This document shows positions 1-7,997 of a DNA stretch of 64,000 nucleotides, one piece after another. This DNA comes from an uncultured Lachnospiraceae bacterium (GTDB lineage Bacteria; Bacillota; Clostridia; UBA1381). The stretch is taken from contig CAZCZR010000001.1 in NCBI GenBank assembly GCA_964503455.1, positions 25,234 to 89,233 on the forward strand, in the 5' to 3' direction. The position numbers were made by a program, and so were the translations under genes. The notes beneath the pieces were generated by a model, which was given only the letters and a program-made list of their open reading frames with translations, did not search any database and was not told the origin of the DNA. The stretch's first letter is position 1; each line of letters opens with the position of its first letter.

Positions 1-1
1 T

Positions 2-787
2 GATTTTCCAAGCGTGGGCGCCACGGAAAACATAATGCTTGCCGCCTGTACGGCGCACGGTACCACGATAATATCCAACGCTGCGCGCGAGCCTGAAATA
101 GCGGATCTTGAGTGCTTTTTAAACCGCATGGGCGCGCGAGTGTCGGGAGGCGGCGGAAGCGTGATACGCATAGACGGCGTAAACAGACTTTCCGGCGGAA
201 CGGAGCATACCATCATCCCTGACAGAATAGCGGGCGCGACCTATCTTGCGATGTGCGCCGCCGCGCACGGGGCGGTGGAGCTTACCAATGTATTACCCGG
301 TGATATGAGCGCTATGCTGTGTGTAATGAAGGATATGGGCGCGGAATTTATCACCGAAAAGACCAGGGTGATAATGAAACCGGTTAAGCGTCTTATGAAT
401 ATCCCCACAATCAGAACCATGCCATATCCCGGATTTCCGACAGATATACAGCCGCCGTTTATGGCAATGTCGTGTACGGCGGAGGGGACGGCGGTGTTTA
501 CGGAAACCATATTTGAGAACCGTTTTCGTCATGCAGCGGAGCTTTCAAGGATGGGAGCCGATATAACACTGCACGGGCGAACGGCTGTTGTGCGCGGAGG
601 AGGAAGGCTTTGCGGCGTTAATACGGAAGCGTATGATCTGCGCGGCGGCTCGGCGATGCTTACGGCTGCGCTTGCGGCGGAGGGCGTGACCGTGATAGAT
701 AATGCGGACTATATCGACCGCGGCTATGAAGCTATCGAAAAACAGCTTACCGGACTCGGCGTTGAAATAACAAGAATAAGAGAGTGA
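2..787 (+). CDS. murA: UDP-N-acetylglucosamine 1-carboxyvinyltransferase (MurA), 5'-truncated by the window edge
   Basis: The frame is open from base 2. The translation DFPSVGATENIMLAA...REPEIADL...YPGFPTDIQ matches conserved MurA motifs. Only the C-terminal ~260 aa are present. Confidence 0.9.
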   Translation, partial: DFPSVGATENIMLAACTAHGTTIISNAAREPEIADLECFLNRMGARVSGGGGSVIRIDGVNRLSGGTEHTIIPDRIAGATYLAMCAAAHGAVELTNVLPGDMSAMLCVMKDMGAEFITEKTRVIMKPVKRLMNIPTIRTMPYPGFPTDIQPPFMAMSCTAEGTAVFTETIFENRFRHAAELSRMGADITLHGRTAVVRGGGRLCGVNTEAYDLRGGSAMLTAALAAEGVTVIDNADYIDRGYEAIEKQLTGLGVEITRIRE

Positions 788-793
788 TATGCT

Positions 794-1801
794 TTGGATC
801 AAAACAGACAGAGAAGAACGGGTGCTTCATCCTCTGCTTATCGCGGCACGGAGCCGTCTGAACGCGCTGTGCAAAACGATATAAGGATGAAGCACATAAA
901 AACTCAAAAGCACAGGCAGCGGCAGCGCAAACGCCGCAGAGGCTGTCTTTTTTCGGTGCTTATGCTGATTATATTGATCATACTTGTTTTTCTTACTCCC
1001 ATATTCAATATAAGGTATGTTACAATAGAGGGGAACAACAAAGTAAGCACCGAGGAAATTGCTTCGGTAACAGGCGATCTTAGAGGAAAGAACCTGTTTA
1101 AAACAAGCCTTAGCAATGTTGAAAAGGCTATGCGCTCGATAGTATACCTTGATGACATAACAATAAAGCGCAAATACTTTCCTCCGGCACTGCATATCAT
1201 TGTAAGCGAAGTATATGGTGCCGCGTGTGTCAGAATTGACGGAGAATTTCTTGTGATTGACGCCGATGGAAAAATACTTGAGCGCACCGAAGATTATTCC
1301 GAGGATTATCCTCTCCTGATGAACTATGGAGATTTTGAAGAAAAGGACGGAAATTTTCGCATTATTGATGACGAAAAGAGAGCCGTTGCATCCGAAATAC
1401 TCGGCGTAATACAAAAGGTCGGCATGACGGCTGAAGTGGACAATATCGATATAGGAGATCTTAACAATATCTGTTTCCGATATGACGACAGAATAGATGC
1501 GGAGTGCGGCTCTCATATTGATATAGAAAGAAAAATCAGACTGTTTAAAAAGGCCGTGTCCACCAGTGAGCTTGCGGATAACGCCCGTGGAACAATGGAT
1601 CTGCGAACCTCCGGCAAGTCGATATATTCGCCGGATATAAAACAGGACGCGAATTTGACCTCGGATACGACAAACGAGGAAAAAGACAATGATTCCGCGG
1701 ATGAGCGTAAAAATACTCCAACAAACAGTCCCGCGCCGGCAAATAATAAGGGTAATTCATCCACAAAAATTGTTACGGTAACAACAAAGCCGGAAAATTA
1801 G
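794..1801 (+). CDS. ftsQ: Cell division protein FtsQ/DivIB (POTRA domain)
   Basis: Basic cytoplasmic tail, one TM helix (LFSVLMLIILIILVFLTPIF), then a POTRA-like segment (NIRYVTIEGNNKVSTEEI...GKNLF). It sits between murA and ftsZ as in dcw clusters. The start is uncertain (TTG 794 or ATG 887). Confidence 0.8.
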   Translation: MDQNRQRRTGASSSAYRGTEPSERAVQNDIRMKHIKTQKHRQRQRKRRRGCLFSVLMLIILIILVFLTPIFNIRYVTIEGNNKVSTEEIASVTGDLRGKNLFKTSLSNVEKAMRSIVYLDDITIKRKYFPPALHIIVSEVYGAACVRIDGEFLVIDADGKILERTEDYSEDYPLLMNYGDFEEKDGNFRIIDDEKRAVASEILGVIQKVGMTAEVDNIDIGDLNNICFRYDDRIDAECGSHIDIERKIRLFKKAVSTSELADNARGTMDLRTSGKSIYSPDIKQDANLTSDTTNEEKDNDSADERKNTPTNSPAPANNKGNSSTKIVTVTTKPEN

Positions 1802-1868
1802 TGCTAATTGCACAAAAAATTCAATAAATCTGCAGTATATTTTTTACAAATTATAACCGAATTAACTA

Positions 1869-1897
1869 TTGAATTACAAGTAAAAACATAGTAAAAT
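1869..1897 (+). promoter_or_regulatory. Sigma-A type promoter upstream of ftsZ (TTGAAT-17 nt-TAAAAT)
   Basis: -35 TTGAAT at 1869-1874, 17-nt spacer, -10 TAAAAT at 1892-1897, ~40 nt upstream of the ftsZ RBS. The -35 is embedded in the AATTAACTATTGAAT motif that recurs elsewhere in the window. Confidence 0.5.
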
Positions 1898-1937
1898 ATA
1901 TATAGGAATGTATTAATACAGATAAGGAGGAGCTAAT

Positions 1938-3128
1938 ATGAGCGTAATGCCTATAGATATGGAGGTAGAAAGCGAAATGGATGGCGCAAGGATTAAAGTA
2001 ATAGGTGTCGGCGGCGGCGGAAACAATGCTGTTGACAGAATGATTGAGTCCGGTCTCAAGAAAGCTGACTTTATATGTGTAAACACTGATGCGCAGCAGC
2101 TTTCAGCGGTTCTTGCACCCACGGTTCTTCAGCTGGGCAAAAAACTTACCAACGGGCTCGGCGCAGGCGCTAACCCAGAGGTGGGCAAGCAGGCTGCTGA
2201 GGAATCAAAGGATGAGATAAAGAATCTTTTAAAGGATACTGAAATGGTATTCTTAACAGCCGGTATGGGCGGCGGTACAGGCACAGGCGCGGCTCCTATA
2301 ATTGCGGAGATCTCAAAGAGTCTTGGCATATTGACTGTTGCTGTTATAACCAAACCGTTTTCTTTTGAGGGCCCAAAGAGAATGAAGAACGCCGAGGAGG
2401 GCATAAAGCAGCTGGTGGACAAGGTAGACGCAATCGTTACTATCCCCAATGACCTTCTTTTAAAGACAGCGGACAAGAAGATAACACTTAATGACTCGTT
2501 TAAGCTTGCGGATGATGTTCTGCGTCAGGGTGTTCAGGGCATAATCGAAATAATTACAATGAAGGGCATTGTAAACTGCGACTTTGCTGATGTAAGAACC
2601 ATTATGAAGGATTCGGGAATTGCTCATATGGGCATCGGCATCGGTAAAGGCGAGAACGCGGCGCAGGATGCTGTGCGCGCGGCTATAGAAAGTCCCTTGC
2701 TTGAGACAAGCATATCAGGCGCAGAGAATGTGCTTTTATATATTATCGGCGGCAGCGATTTCTCGCTTGTCGATATGGGAGAGGTATCAACTATTGTGCA
2801 TGATATGGTATCAGAGGACGCCAACATTATCGTTGGTTCTGGCATCGATGATGAGCTTAAAGATGAGATCAAGGTAACTCTTGTCGCAACAGGTCTTGAC
2901 GCAAGCGCCAGACGCCAAAAAGCTGCGGAACAAAGCGGCGAGGGCATACTTAACCGAACAAAAAGACATCAGGAGCAGCAGACATCAGCAACGGCTTCCT
3001 CGTATGAGTACACGCCGTCAGATTCGACAAACGACTATTCCTACTCCGATGACTCGATATTTTCAAGAAAACTTAAACCGGGTATGGATAACATAAACGT
3101 TCCGTCTTTCTTTAAGCCGAAAAATTAA
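1938..3128 (+). CDS. ftsZ: Cell division GTPase FtsZ
   Basis: RBS AAGGAGG 8 nt upstream. Tubulin signature GGGTGTGAAP, IKVIGVGGGGNNAV N-terminus, variable linker and conserved C-terminal peptide (NVPSFFKPK). Confidence 0.97.
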   Translation: MSVMPIDMEVESEMDGARIKVIGVGGGGNNAVDRMIESGLKKADFICVNTDAQQLSAVLAPTVLQLGKKLTNGLGAGANPEVGKQAAEESKDEIKNLLKDTEMVFLTAGMGGGTGTGAAPIIAEISKSLGILTVAVITKPFSFEGPKRMKNAEEGIKQLVDKVDAIVTIPNDLLLKTADKKITLNDSFKLADDVLRQGVQGIIEIITMKGIVNCDFADVRTIMKDSGIAHMGIGIGKGENAAQDAVRAAIESPLLETSISGAENVLLYIIGGSDFSLVDMGEVSTIVHDMVSEDANIIVGSGIDDELKDEIKVTLVATGLDASARRQKAAEQSGEGILNRTKRHQEQQTSATASSYEYTPSDSTNDYSYSDDSIFSRKLKPGMDNINVPSFFKPKN

Positions 3129-3136
3129 CCTAAAAA

Positions 3137-3167
3137 GGAACCGCTTCTTATCGAGGCGGTTCTTTTG
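3137..3167. terminator. Rho-independent terminator after ftsZ
   Basis: Stem GAACCGC (3138-3144) / GCGGTTC (3156-3162) followed by TTTTG. An A-run upstream could let it work from both sides. Confidence 0.6.
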
Positions 3168-3271
3168 TAGTATAAGCTTTCCCGCCAAGGGCGGTTATAT
3201 AACAACTCCGTCATACATAAAAAGACAGCATATCCCATACATGGAGATATACTGTCTTGACGTTCAGTGAA

Positions 3272-4249
3272 TTAATATTCTCTATCCCAAAGTTCCTTGT
3301 AGAGATCCGCATAGTCGGTATCGTTGTTCTTGATACGCGCTATAGCTGTTCTCGGATGCTGGTTGAAAATACCTGTGAGCAGATAAGGTATGTCGTAGCC
3401 CCATACAAGCCCCTGCTCTTTAAGCGCGAGCATATGAGTCTGTATAAAGCGCAGAGCATATATAATGCGGTATTTTGGGTTTTTTAAAAATCCGAGCAAG
3501 GCTTCCATCGCGCAGTTTCCGGCACCGCGTCCCATACCGAGCATAGTGGCGTCAAGATAGCTTGCACCGTGAGCCGCAGCCTCTATAGTGTTTGCAAACG
3601 CCATCTGCTGATTATTATGAGCGTGAATACCTACATTTTTGCCGTATTTTTCGGCGCGGGAAACATAAAGCTCTGTCAATTCGCGTATCTGTTCAGGGTA
3701 GAGATTTCCGTAGCTATCAACGATATAGAACATATCAACATTGCTCTGACCGAGAAGATCGAGCGCCTGCTCAATATCCTTTGTGTTGGCGGTTGATATT
3801 GCCATGATGTTGATGCTTGTTTCATAACCCTTTTCATGACAGTACTCTATCATCTCTATAGCCGCAGGGATCGTATTTATATAGGTCGCCACGCGTACAA
3901 GATCAATAACGCTGTCTTTCTTGTCGATAATGTCCTTTTTAAAATCCGTGCGTCCAACGTCAGCCATAACTGATATTTTCATATCAGTCGGGTTGTCGCC
4001 AACGATCTCCCTTATCGACTTCTCATCGCAGAACTTCCACTTGCCGTATTCCTTTACGTCAAACAAATCCTTCGAAGCCTTATAACCGAACTCCATATAA
4101 TCTACTCCGGCTTTCAGATTTGTTTCGTAAAGTTCCCTGACAAACTCATCGGTGAAATAAAAATTATTCACCAGTCCTCCGTCCCTGATCGTTGCATCGA
4201 CCACCTTTATATCGGGTCTGAACGTCATAAGATTACCTTTTTGTGCCAT
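3272..4249 (-). CDS. HMGL-like / DRE-TIM metallolyase (pyruvate carboxyltransferase-type aldolase domain protein)
   Basis: N-terminal VVDATIRDGGL motif plus the later HAHNN and GMGRGAGN motifs typical of HMG-CoA-lyase-like aldolases. Substrate unknown. Confidence 0.85.
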   Translation of the reverse strand: MAQKGNLMTFRPDIKVVDATIRDGGLVNNFYFTDEFVRELYETNLKAGVDYMEFGYKASKDLFDVKEYGKWKFCDEKSIREIVGDNPTDMKISVMADVGRTDFKKDIIDKKDSVIDLVRVATYINTIPAAIEMIEYCHEKGYETSINIMAISTANTKDIEQALDLLGQSNVDMFYIVDSYGNLYPEQIRELTELYVSRAEKYGKNVGIHAHNNQQMAFANTIEAAAHGASYLDATMLGMGRGAGNCAMEALLGFLKNPKYRIIYALRFIQTHMLALKEQGLVWGYDIPYLLTGIFNQHPRTAIARIKNNDTDYADLYKELWDREY

Positions 4250-4381
4250 TTGTTTTTCCTCCTACTGTAATACTGTACTACACGCTGCCGATACATTCCG
4301 ACAACTTAGATATTATATCACATTCTTACTATATTTGCAAGTGTTTTTGAAAAAGTCAGGGCAATTCACCGATATTTTTTG

Positions 4382-5368
4382 TCAGTCCTTTAATATTGCG
4401 TCAATCGCCGCAAGCTCATCGGATGTAAAGTCAAGCTTGGAAAGCGAAGCGACATTTTCTTTGATCTGTGATGCCTTTGACGCACCCAGAAGCACGCTTG
4501 TAAGCTTTCCGCCGCGCAAATTCCATGCGCATGCCATTTGAGCAAGCGACTGACCGCGGTTCTCTGCAATAGCGTTAAGCTTTACCACCTTGGCGATAAT
4601 ATCATCCTTGATCCTGTCAGGAGTAAGAAAACGCGATTTCGTAGCGCGTGAGCCTTCGGGTATGCCGTGGATGTACTTGTTTGTAAGCAGTCCCTGAGCA
4701 AGCGGGCAGAAGGATATAGAGCCGATGCCGTCATAAGCCAAAACATCCTGCAGACCGTTTTCTATCCAGCGTTCGAACATATTGTATCTGGGCTGGTGAA
4801 TAACAAGCGGTGTGCCGAGGGATCTCATTATAGCCGCCATTTTTTTCGTCTGCTCCGCGTTATAGTTGGAAATTCCGACATAAAGCGCCTTGCCGCTCCT
4901 TACGATATGATCAAGAGCTGCAGCGGTTTCTTCCATAGGAGTGTCAGGGTCGGGACGGTGGTGGTAAAAAATATCCACATACTCAAGTCCCATGCGCTTC
5001 AGACTTTGATCAAGGCTCGCTATAAGGTATTTTCTCGAACCGTGATCTCCATAAGGGCCTTCCCACATACCATATCCTGCTTTTGTGGAAATGATAAGCT
5101 CGTCACGGTAGGGGGCAAGCTCGTTTTTAAGGATCTTGCCGAAGTTTTCTTCGGCGCTGCCGGGGTAGGGACCGTAGTTGTTGGCAAGGTCAAAATGAGT
5201 GATTCCGAGATCGAATGCTGTTGTTACCATGTCAACCATGTTATCATAGTTGTCGCAGCTGCCGAAGTTATGCCACAGACCCAGCGAAAACGCGGGGAGC
5301 ATCAGACCGCTTCTGCCGCAGCGGTTATACTTCATTGTTTCGTATCTTGTTTCGTTTGCGTTGTACAT
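4382..5368 (-). CDS. Aldo/keto reductase (YghZ/Gpr-like, Kv-beta type)
   Basis: The 328-aa translation has MKYNRCGRSGLMLPAFSLGLWHNFG, THFDLANNYGP and ISNY motifs characteristic of AKR family members. Confidence 0.9.
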   Translation of the reverse strand: MYNANETRYETMKYNRCGRSGLMLPAFSLGLWHNFGSCDNYDNMVDMVTTAFDLGITHFDLANNYGPYPGSAEENFGKILKNELAPYRDELIISTKAGYGMWEGPYGDHGSRKYLIASLDQSLKRMGLEYVDIFYHHRPDPDTPMEETAAALDHIVRSGKALYVGISNYNAEQTKKMAAIMRSLGTPLVIHQPRYNMFERWIENGLQDVLAYDGIGSISFCPLAQGLLTNKYIHGIPEGSRATKSRFLTPDRIKDDIIAKVVKLNAIAENRGQSLAQMACAWNLRGGKLTSVLLGASKASQIKENVASLSKLDFTSDELAAIDAILKD

Positions 5369-5429
5369 ATTAATATGTCCTCCTTTTTATTTGGGTACGT
5401 CTAAAAAACCGATGTTTTCAGCGATCCCC

Positions 5430-6773
5430 TTATATTGTTTTCTTTTTCCATTTTCCGCTTGCGTAGTATATACTGCAAATGATTATGGCGCTTATTGTGC
5501 CGGTCGGCGTTGAAAGCCCTACGCCCGCAAGACCCATACCGAGAGTTTCGGCGCATATATACGCTACCGGCACCCTCGCTATAACGGACGAGAATACCGA
5601 TGGTATCATAGTAAACAGCGTATGTCCGGAACCGTTGCAAAAGTTATTCAAGGGGAACACAAACGCAACAAGCAGATAATCAAATGCCGTTACCCTCAAA
5701 TAAGGCAGCGCTTCGCTGATGACCTCTTTTTCCTTAACCAAAAGACCCATAAGCTGAGCGGGGAAGATCTGAACTATAATAAACATCACGATCCCCGTTA
5801 TAAGTGCCAGACGTATACCCGATTTCATTACATCAGCCGCTCTGTCGTATTTCTCCGCGCCGATATTTTGTCCGACCATGGATGATACCGCCATACCCAA
5901 TGCTCCTGCCGGCATCTGGGCGAAATTGTTTATCTTGGCTGCAACAGCTACTCCGGATGCGGCGTTTACTCCCAGACGGTTTGTGATTGAGGATACTATC
6001 AAAAATCCTCCCGACACTATAACGTTTTGTATCGCGCCGGGAAGTCCGAGCCTAAAGATCATAGCTGCCTTTTTCGGCACGATACGAAAGTTCCTCGGGC
6101 GGAAGTCAAAAATGAAGTCCTTATGCTTCAGATATATAACACATCCTATAAGCGCGGCGCCCTGTGAAATGACCGTAGCCGCTGCCGCTCCGGCGGCGCT
6201 TAGCTTGAAACCGCCCACAAACAGCAGATCAAGCAATATATTTAAAATACATGATGCCGTTCCGAAATACATCGGCGTTTTTGAATCGCCAAGTCCCCGC
6301 AGCACTGAGCTGACAGCGTTATATCCGAAAATAAACACAGCGCCGGTCATACATATGGTGAAATATGCTTTTGTGTCGGCATATGCTTCGGGCGGAGTAT
6401 TTAAAAGCGCAAGCAGCTTATCGGACAGTGCTATCATAGCCGCCATGGTCACAACAGAAAGCACAAGCATAACGCCGAAGGTGGTGCCTATGGTTTCGCT
6501 AACATCGCGTTCGCTCTTTTTACCGGAGTATTGCGCCGTCATTATAGCGCCGCCGTTGCACAGACCTATTATCATATATGTAACAGTCGTTGTAATGCTG
6601 CCGCCTATTGACGCGCCCGCGATGCCCTCCTTGCCGCAGAAGTTTCCGATCACCATTATATCCGCTATGTTGTAAAAGGACTGTATCAGATTTGTAAGCA
6701 AAAACGGCAGAGAAAAATATACAAGCGCTTTCGGTATGCTGCCTTCGGTAAAGTCCCGTATGTTTTTGTTCAT
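5430..6773 (-). CDS. MATE family efflux transporter
   Basis: 447 aa, ~12 predicted TM helices. The N-terminus (REFTEGSIPKALVYFSLPFLLTNLIQSFYNIADIMVIG) is typical of the MATE/NorM family. Confidence 0.9.
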   Translation of the reverse strand: MNKNIRDFTEGSIPKALVYFSLPFLLTNLIQSFYNIADIMVIGNFCGKEGIAGASIGGSITTTVTYMIIGLCNGGAIMTAQYSGKKSERDVSETIGTTFGVMLVLSVVTMAAMIALSDKLLALLNTPPEAYADTKAYFTICMTGAVFIFGYNAVSSVLRGLGDSKTPMYFGTASCILNILLDLLFVGGFKLSAAGAAAATVISQGAALIGCVIYLKHKDFIFDFRPRNFRIVPKKAAMIFRLGLPGAIQNVIVSGGFLIVSSITNRLGVNAASGVAVAAKINNFAQMPAGALGMAVSSMVGQNIGAEKYDRAADVMKSGIRLALITGIVMFIIVQIFPAQLMGLLVKEKEVISEALPYLRVTAFDYLLVAFVFPLNNFCNGSGHTLFTMIPSVFSSVIARVPVAYICAETLGMGLAGVGLSTPTGTISAIIICSIYYASGKWKKKTI

Positions 6774-6799
6774 TTATCAAAACCTCCTGTGCCAGCTGA

Positions 6800-7795
6800 T
6801 TATATATCGGCGGAAGCGCGTGATATGATGCTCTGTTTTATCACAGCATCATCCGGCGTTTCTCCGTTTATAAGAGCAAACAGCCTTTTGGCGCACTCTT
6901 TTGCAAGGCGGTCGGTGTCCTGACGCACAGTGGTTACCGACGGAATAAAGTACTCCGATGAAAGCATATCGTCAAACCCTGTAACCGCTATGTTTTCGGG
7001 GACTTTTATGCCGGACCTGTATGCCGCGCTGATTATGCCTTGCGCGATAAGGTCATTGGAGGTGACAATGGCGTCAGCGCCGCTTTTTTCTATACGCTCG
7101 GAAAATATTGTAAAGCCGGCCTTCAGCTTGTCGCCGTGAAGGCGCTCATCAAATATGGTTTCATATTTCGCGTCCGGATGAGCCGCCATGCTTTCTTCAA
7201 AGCCTGCGTAACGCTCTTTAAGATTATGCCTTGCTCCGGCGGTTTCACCTATATAGATAAATCGCCGTCTGCCGGAGTCATACAGTGCGTCCGTAAGCTT
7301 TTTTACGGTTTCGCGATTGTTAAAATTGACCGACACTATCCCTTCCGGGTGTCTGTCGCCCGCCGCCACAGGTATATCTTCGCGCGCCACAGCATATATC
7401 ACCGCATCGTCATCATTGTCGCCTATGAAAAGTATGCCGTCAACACCGCGTTCCATAAGAGCGCGTACAGCCTGCTTTTCGGAGTTTAAATCACTGCTGC
7501 TTTGGGTGAACAGCACGGCGTAATCCGACTGACGCGCATACTTTAAAAGCGCCGATGCGCAGCCCGCATAAAATTCCGCGGATATGTCCGGAAACACCAC
7601 TCCGATAGAGCGTGTCTTGTCACATCTTAAGCTTCTTGCCGCCGAATTGGGCGTATAGTTGAGTTTTTCCGCCGCAAGCCGTACCCGCACGCACGTTTCT
7701 TCCGATATAGACGTCATGCCCGAAAGAACCCGAGATACAGTTGAAGCGCATACACCGGCTTCGCGCGCCACATCCTTCAGAGTTGTCTTTTTCAT
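6800..7795 (-). CDS. LacI family transcriptional regulator
   Basis: N-terminal HTH MKKTTLKDVAREAGVCASTVSRVLSG followed by a periplasmic-binding-protein-like sugar-binding core. It lies 26 nt upstream of the MATE gene. Confidence 0.92.
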   Translation of the reverse strand: MKKTTLKDVAREAGVCASTVSRVLSGMTSISEETCVRVRLAAEKLNYTPNSAARSLRCDKTRSIGVVFPDISAEFYAGCASALLKYARQSDYAVLFTQSSSDLNSEKQAVRALMERGVDGILFIGDNDDDAVIYAVAREDIPVAAGDRHPEGIVSVNFNNRETVKKLTDALYDSGRRRFIYIGETAGARHNLKERYAGFEESMAAHPDAKYETIFDERLHGDKLKAGFTIFSERIEKSGADAIVTSNDLIAQGIISAAYRSGIKVPENIAVTGFDDMLSSEYFIPSVTTVRQDTDRLAKECAKRLFALINGETPDDAVIKQSIISRASADI

Positions 7796-7811
7796 GGGAA
7801 AACACCTCTAA

Positions 7812-7825
7812 TGCAATCGTTTGCA
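7812..7825. promoter_or_regulatory. LacI/CcpA-type palindromic operator TGCAATCGTTTGCA
   Basis: Matches the family consensus TGNAANCGNTTNCA. It lies inside a 7+7 inverted repeat AATGCAA-N4-TTGCATT (7810-7827), just downstream of the -10 of the lacI-family gene promoter. Confidence 0.6.
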
Positions 7826-7828
7826 TTG

Positions 7829-7857
7829 ATTATATCACGGCTTTTGCGTTTTGTCAA
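7829..7857 (-). promoter_or_regulatory. Consensus sigma-A promoter of the LacI-family gene (TTGACA-17-TATAAT on the minus strand)
   Basis: Minus-strand TTGACA at 7857-7852, 17-nt spacer, TATAAT at 7834-7829. The operator starts 4 nt downstream of the -10. Confidence 0.6.
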
Positions 7858-7902
7858 GAGAAAGATAAAAATTTCACCGATAAAATTTTTTAAGAGGAAA
7901 TG

Positions 7903-7931
7903 TTGCAAACAGCATTAAGATATGCTATAAT
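7903..7931 (+). promoter_or_regulatory. Sigma-A type promoter upstream of addB (TTGCAA-17-TATAAT)
   Basis: TTGCAA 7903-7908, 17-nt spacer, TATAAT 7926-7931, ~65 nt upstream of the addB ATG. Confidence 0.5.
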
Positions 7932-7997
7932 GATATATATTATAATTTATATGGAATACTTTTGCATGAAAACGCGGCTTGGGAGGGGAGTGTCTGA

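Noticed and set aside
4667-6675. Plus-strand ORFs 4667-5404 (245 aa) and 5878-6675 (265 aa)
   Set aside because: They are antisense to the aldo/keto reductase and MATE genes, both of which have clear family signatures. No start context.
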